Assembly: GCA_963775425.1 (NCBI GenBank)
Contig: CAVZJB010000014.1
Location: 96,001 to 160,000 of the forward strand
Direction: 5' to 3'
Source: an uncultured delta proteobacterium
GTDB taxonomy: Bacteria; Myxococcota; UBA727; VGSZ01
DNA length: 64,000 nt
Part shown: positions 61,237 through 64,000 of the stretch, one piece after another
Layout: every line of letters starts with the position of its first letter
How positions within the stretch are numbered: position 1 is the stretch's first letter
Notes under the pieces: model-generated
The model's input: the letters and a program-made list of their open reading frames with translations, nothing else
Databases searched by the model: none
Told to the model about the DNA's origin: nothing
Translations under genes and position numbers: made by a program

Positions 61237-63393
61237 ATGCAAGCGAAACGCCTCCGCCCGACGTCACCGAAGACCCGCGGCAAGCTCGCCTTGAGCTGGC
61301 TCCTGCTCGGCTGGGCGGGCGGTCACCGCTTCTACCTCGGGCACGGCGTGCAGGCCGCGCTGCTCCTGCTCCTCACGCTCGCCACCTGCGGCGTCGGCGG
61401 CCTCGTCGGCTTCATCGACGGCGCCGTCGTCTTCTTCGGGCGGCCCAAGGACGCCCACGGCCTGCCGGTCGTCCCCGCGGGTGACAAGCTCTACGCCGAC
61501 GACGTCGAGGCGCACGCGCTCCCCACGGGTGACGCGCTGTTGCACCTCGCCTTCCACCTCGGGGTGATCTTCCTGCTGCCGTTCGTGGTCGGCGCCGCCG
61601 CCGGCATCTTCCTCGAGACGAGCCAGGTGCGGGACACGGCGCCGATGCTGGCGGCGCTGGCGGCGGTGGTGCTGCTCCCGGTGCTCGCCGTCCACGTCGT
61701 CGGCGTGCTGTTGAAGACGCGCGCGGAGGCGGCGCTGCTGCGCGACGCCGGCGCGCTCTCGTTGCGCACGTGGCTCGACGCGGCCGCGCGCAGCGCGAAG
61801 ATCCTGACGGGGCGCGGCTTCATCGTCCTCGGCACCGGGCTCGCGTTCATGGTGCTCGCGCTCGCGTACCGCTGGGCGAGCCTCGGCGTGCTCGCCGTCT
61901 TGTCGCTGACCGCGTTCTATCTGGCGACGGGCGCTTCGGCGCTGGTGTCGGCGTTCCTGGTCAGGCGCTTCACGCCCGACGCGCTCGGCCGCGGCGGCAG
62001 CATGCACCGCCGCGTGTCGCCCGGCGTGGTGCGCGCCGGCGACGCCGCCACGGAGACCGTCGACATCGCACGCGTGCCCGTGCCGCCGGGCTTCTTCCTG
62101 CTCCTCGAGGGCGCGTGGCCGGGGCGCATCGAGACCCGGGTGCGCCACGTGGTCCCGCCCCACGCGCGCGACGAGCGCGTCACGCTGGAGACGCCGCTCA
62201 AGCGCACCCCGCGCGGCGCGTGGGACGCGCCGCCTCTGCGGGTGAGCTTCACGGACCTCCTCGGTCTCACGAAGACGAGCGTGGCGTCGTTGGCGACGGC
62301 GCGCTTCAAGGCGCTGCCGCGGGTGTCCAAGGCCGAGATCGTGGACCCGCCGCCGTCGCAGATGGAGATCCCCGACGTCGTCACGCGGCAGCATCGCTTT
62401 CCCACCGAGGACCTCTTCCGCTTTCGCGAGTACGTCCCCGGCGACGACACCCGCCGCATCCATTGGAAGATGTCGATGAAGACGGGGCGGCTGCAGGTGA
62501 AGAAGCCCGACAGCCGCGAGGCCACGTCCAAGCGCGTGCTGGTCGCGCTCGACACGCACGTGCCCACCGGTTGGCTGTCGCACGCGGCGGTGCTCGACGA
62601 GGCGCTCGACGGGCTGGTGGAGTGCTGGCTGTCGCTGGCGCAGAAGCTCATCGAGGACGGCCAGAGCGTGACGCTGGTGTTGCGCGCGCGCACCGACGAA
62701 GGCGACGGCATGCGCACCGAGGTCATCCCGTGCACGCGCGGGAACCACGCCCACCAGCTCGACGCCGGCGCGCGCGCGGAGTGGCAGGACGGCGTCTCCA
62801 TCGAGGCGGTGCTCGACGAGGCCGCCCGTGAGCATCACCTCGAGGCGTTCGACGCCGCGGTGGTGGTCTCCATGCGCCTCGACGTGCCCGCGCACAAGAT
62901 CGCCGGCGCGCACGAGACCACCTGGGTGTACCTCCACCCGCGCGACGCGCTCGGGCCGCCGCCGCCGTCGGCGTTCGACGTGTGGCTGTCGTTCGACGGC
63001 GAGGAGCGCAAGGGCCTCAAGGCGTTGTCGCGCTTGTTCCTGTTGCCCTACCCCGCCGGCTCCGACGACAACGGCTGGCGCGCGCGCATGAAACACCTCG
63101 AGGCGCGCCTCGAGGACCGCACCCATCGCGTGGAGCTGCGCCGTGACGTCGAGCGCGCCGGCGACGCGGCGCTCACAGCCTTGATGCACTCGGAGGACGC
63201 GGTGTACCGCGTGGAGCTCTGCGACGGCCGCTGCCGCCTGCGCGGCTTGAAGGGCGTCACCCGCCGCGCGCGGCTCGCCGGGCAGGGGACGCGCGCCGTG
63301 GGCACTTCGGTCCACTGCGACACCGCCGACGACGACGAGCGGGCCGTGAGCGCGCACGAGCGCGTGCGCGCCAACTTCGGAGGTGCGCGATGA
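61237..63393 (+). CDS. TM2-domain + DUF58 membrane protein
   Basis: GGHRFYLG TM2 motif; FREYVPGDD.RRIHWK DUF58 motif. Confidence 0.85.
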   Translation: MQAKRLRPTSPKTRGKLALSWLLLGWAGGHRFYLGHGVQAALLLLLTLATCGVGGLVGFIDGAVVFFGRPKDAHGLPVVPAGDKLYADDVEAHALPTGDALLHLAFHLGVIFLLPFVVGAAAGIFLETSQVRDTAPMLAALAAVVLLPVLAVHVVGVLLKTRAEAALLRDAGALSLRTWLDAAARSAKILTGRGFIVLGTGLAFMVLALAYRWASLGVLAVLSLTAFYLATGASALVSAFLVRRFTPDALGRGGSMHRRVSPGVVRAGDAATETVDIARVPVPPGFFLLLEGAWPGRIETRVRHVVPPHARDERVTLETPLKRTPRGAWDAPPLRVSFTDLLGLTKTSVASLATARFKALPRVSKAEIVDPPPSQMEIPDVVTRQHRFPTEDLFRFREYVPGDDTRRIHWKMSMKTGRLQVKKPDSREATSKRVLVALDTHVPTGWLSHAAVLDEALDGLVECWLSLAQKLIEDGQSVTLVLRARTDEGDGMRTEVIPCTRGNHAHQLDAGARAEWQDGVSIEAVLDEAAREHHLEAFDAAVVVSMRLDVPAHKIAGAHETTWVYLHPRDALGPPPPSAFDVWLSFDGEERKGLKALSRLFLLPYPAGSDDNGWRARMKHLEARLEDRTHRVELRRDVERAGDAALTALMHSEDAVYRVELCDGRCRLRGLKGVTRRARLAGQGTRAVGTSVHCDTADDDERAVSAHERVRANFGGAR

Positions 63394-64000
63394 TCACGCT
63401 GGCCTTCAAGCGCTCCTGGCGCACGCTCGTGGCCTACGGCGCGTTCACCGCGTGGGGCCTCGTGTGCCTGTGCGCGTCGGTGCTGCTCATCATGGGGACG
63501 CGCGCGCTGCCGGCGGCGACGCCGTCGGTGCTCTTGACGCTCTCGGGCATCGTCGGCGCCACCGTCGTCGGCCACTTCCTCGGCAACGTCGTCGCGCTCA
63601 TGCGCCTGCGGCTGTGGGTGGTGTTGACCGGCGCCGCGTGCGTCGCCACGGGCCTCGCCCTCGGCTTCGCCGCGCTCGGGCCGGCCGGCGGCTTCCTCGT
63701 CGTCGGCGCGCTGGCGGCGGCGGGCGGCTACTTCGGCGTCGCGAGCCGCATGGAGATCTTCGCGGCATGGCTCCCGCTCACCTACGCGGTGGGCGCGGCC
63801 GTGCTGTGGATGAACTTCCAGGGCAAGGTGAGCGTGTGGATGACGGGCGCAAAGTTCGCCGTGTGGGACGCGGTGACCTTCGCCTTCCTCACCGGGGCGG
63901 TGCTCCTGTTCCTCGTGTTCCTCATGACGCGGCACGCCCTCGCGCTCACGCTGTGGGCCGACGCCGCGCGGCCCGGCGCGCGCACCGTCGAGATCCGCGC
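63390..64000 (+). CDS. Polytopic membrane protein (truncated by window edge)
   Basis: ATG overlaps the upstream TGA; consecutive hydrophobic helices. Confidence 0.75.
   Translation, partial: MITLAFKRSWRTLVAYGAFTAWGLVCLCASVLLIMGTRALPAATPSVLLTLSGIVGATVVGHFLGNVVALMRLRLWVVLTGAACVATGLALGFAALGPAGGFLVVGALAAAGGYFGVASRMEIFAAWLPLTYAVGAAVLWMNFQGKVSVWMTGAKFAVWDAVTFAFLTGAVLLFLVFLMTRHALALTLWADAARPGARTVEIR

Overview
This is a very GC-rich, gene-dense chromosomal window, most likely from a Myxococcota/deltaproteobacterial lineage. That inference rests on the eukaryote-like Ser/Thr kinases, Cys-rich lipoproteins, MYXO-CTERM-like C-termini and PilZ protein. I can support about 50 CDS. I saw no rRNA, tRNA, CRISPR array, integrase, transposase or reverse transcriptase. 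Housekeeping or well-known genes include an ATP-dependent ligase (LigC type), rtcB, a Kef antiporter, a KirBac channel, thioredoxin, a beta-CASP nuclease, hflX, a Dus enzyme and a MoxR ATPase. The most unusual items are: (1) a K+/cation-transport cluster with a voltage-sensor + CASTOR/POLLUX-like pore + RCK channel split by a 1-nt frameshift; (2) an Hsp70-Ser/Thr kinase-TM fusion; (3) a secreted lipoprotein resembling the eukaryotic AAC4 family; (4) an 82-aa Lrp/AsnC-like protein with 14 Trp; (5) a Cu-monooxygenase / Cys-rich / atypical-heme lipoprotein operon; (6) an 1111-aa lipoprotein built of four ~265-aa repeats; (7) a WYL regulator with a clear palindromic operator; (8) recurrent (Gly-Glu)n linkers in exported proteins; (9) tandem anchored M15 peptidases and a fibre-adhesin module. 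All family calls come from motif recognition by eye, with no database searches, and many start codons were reassigned relative to the ORF track.
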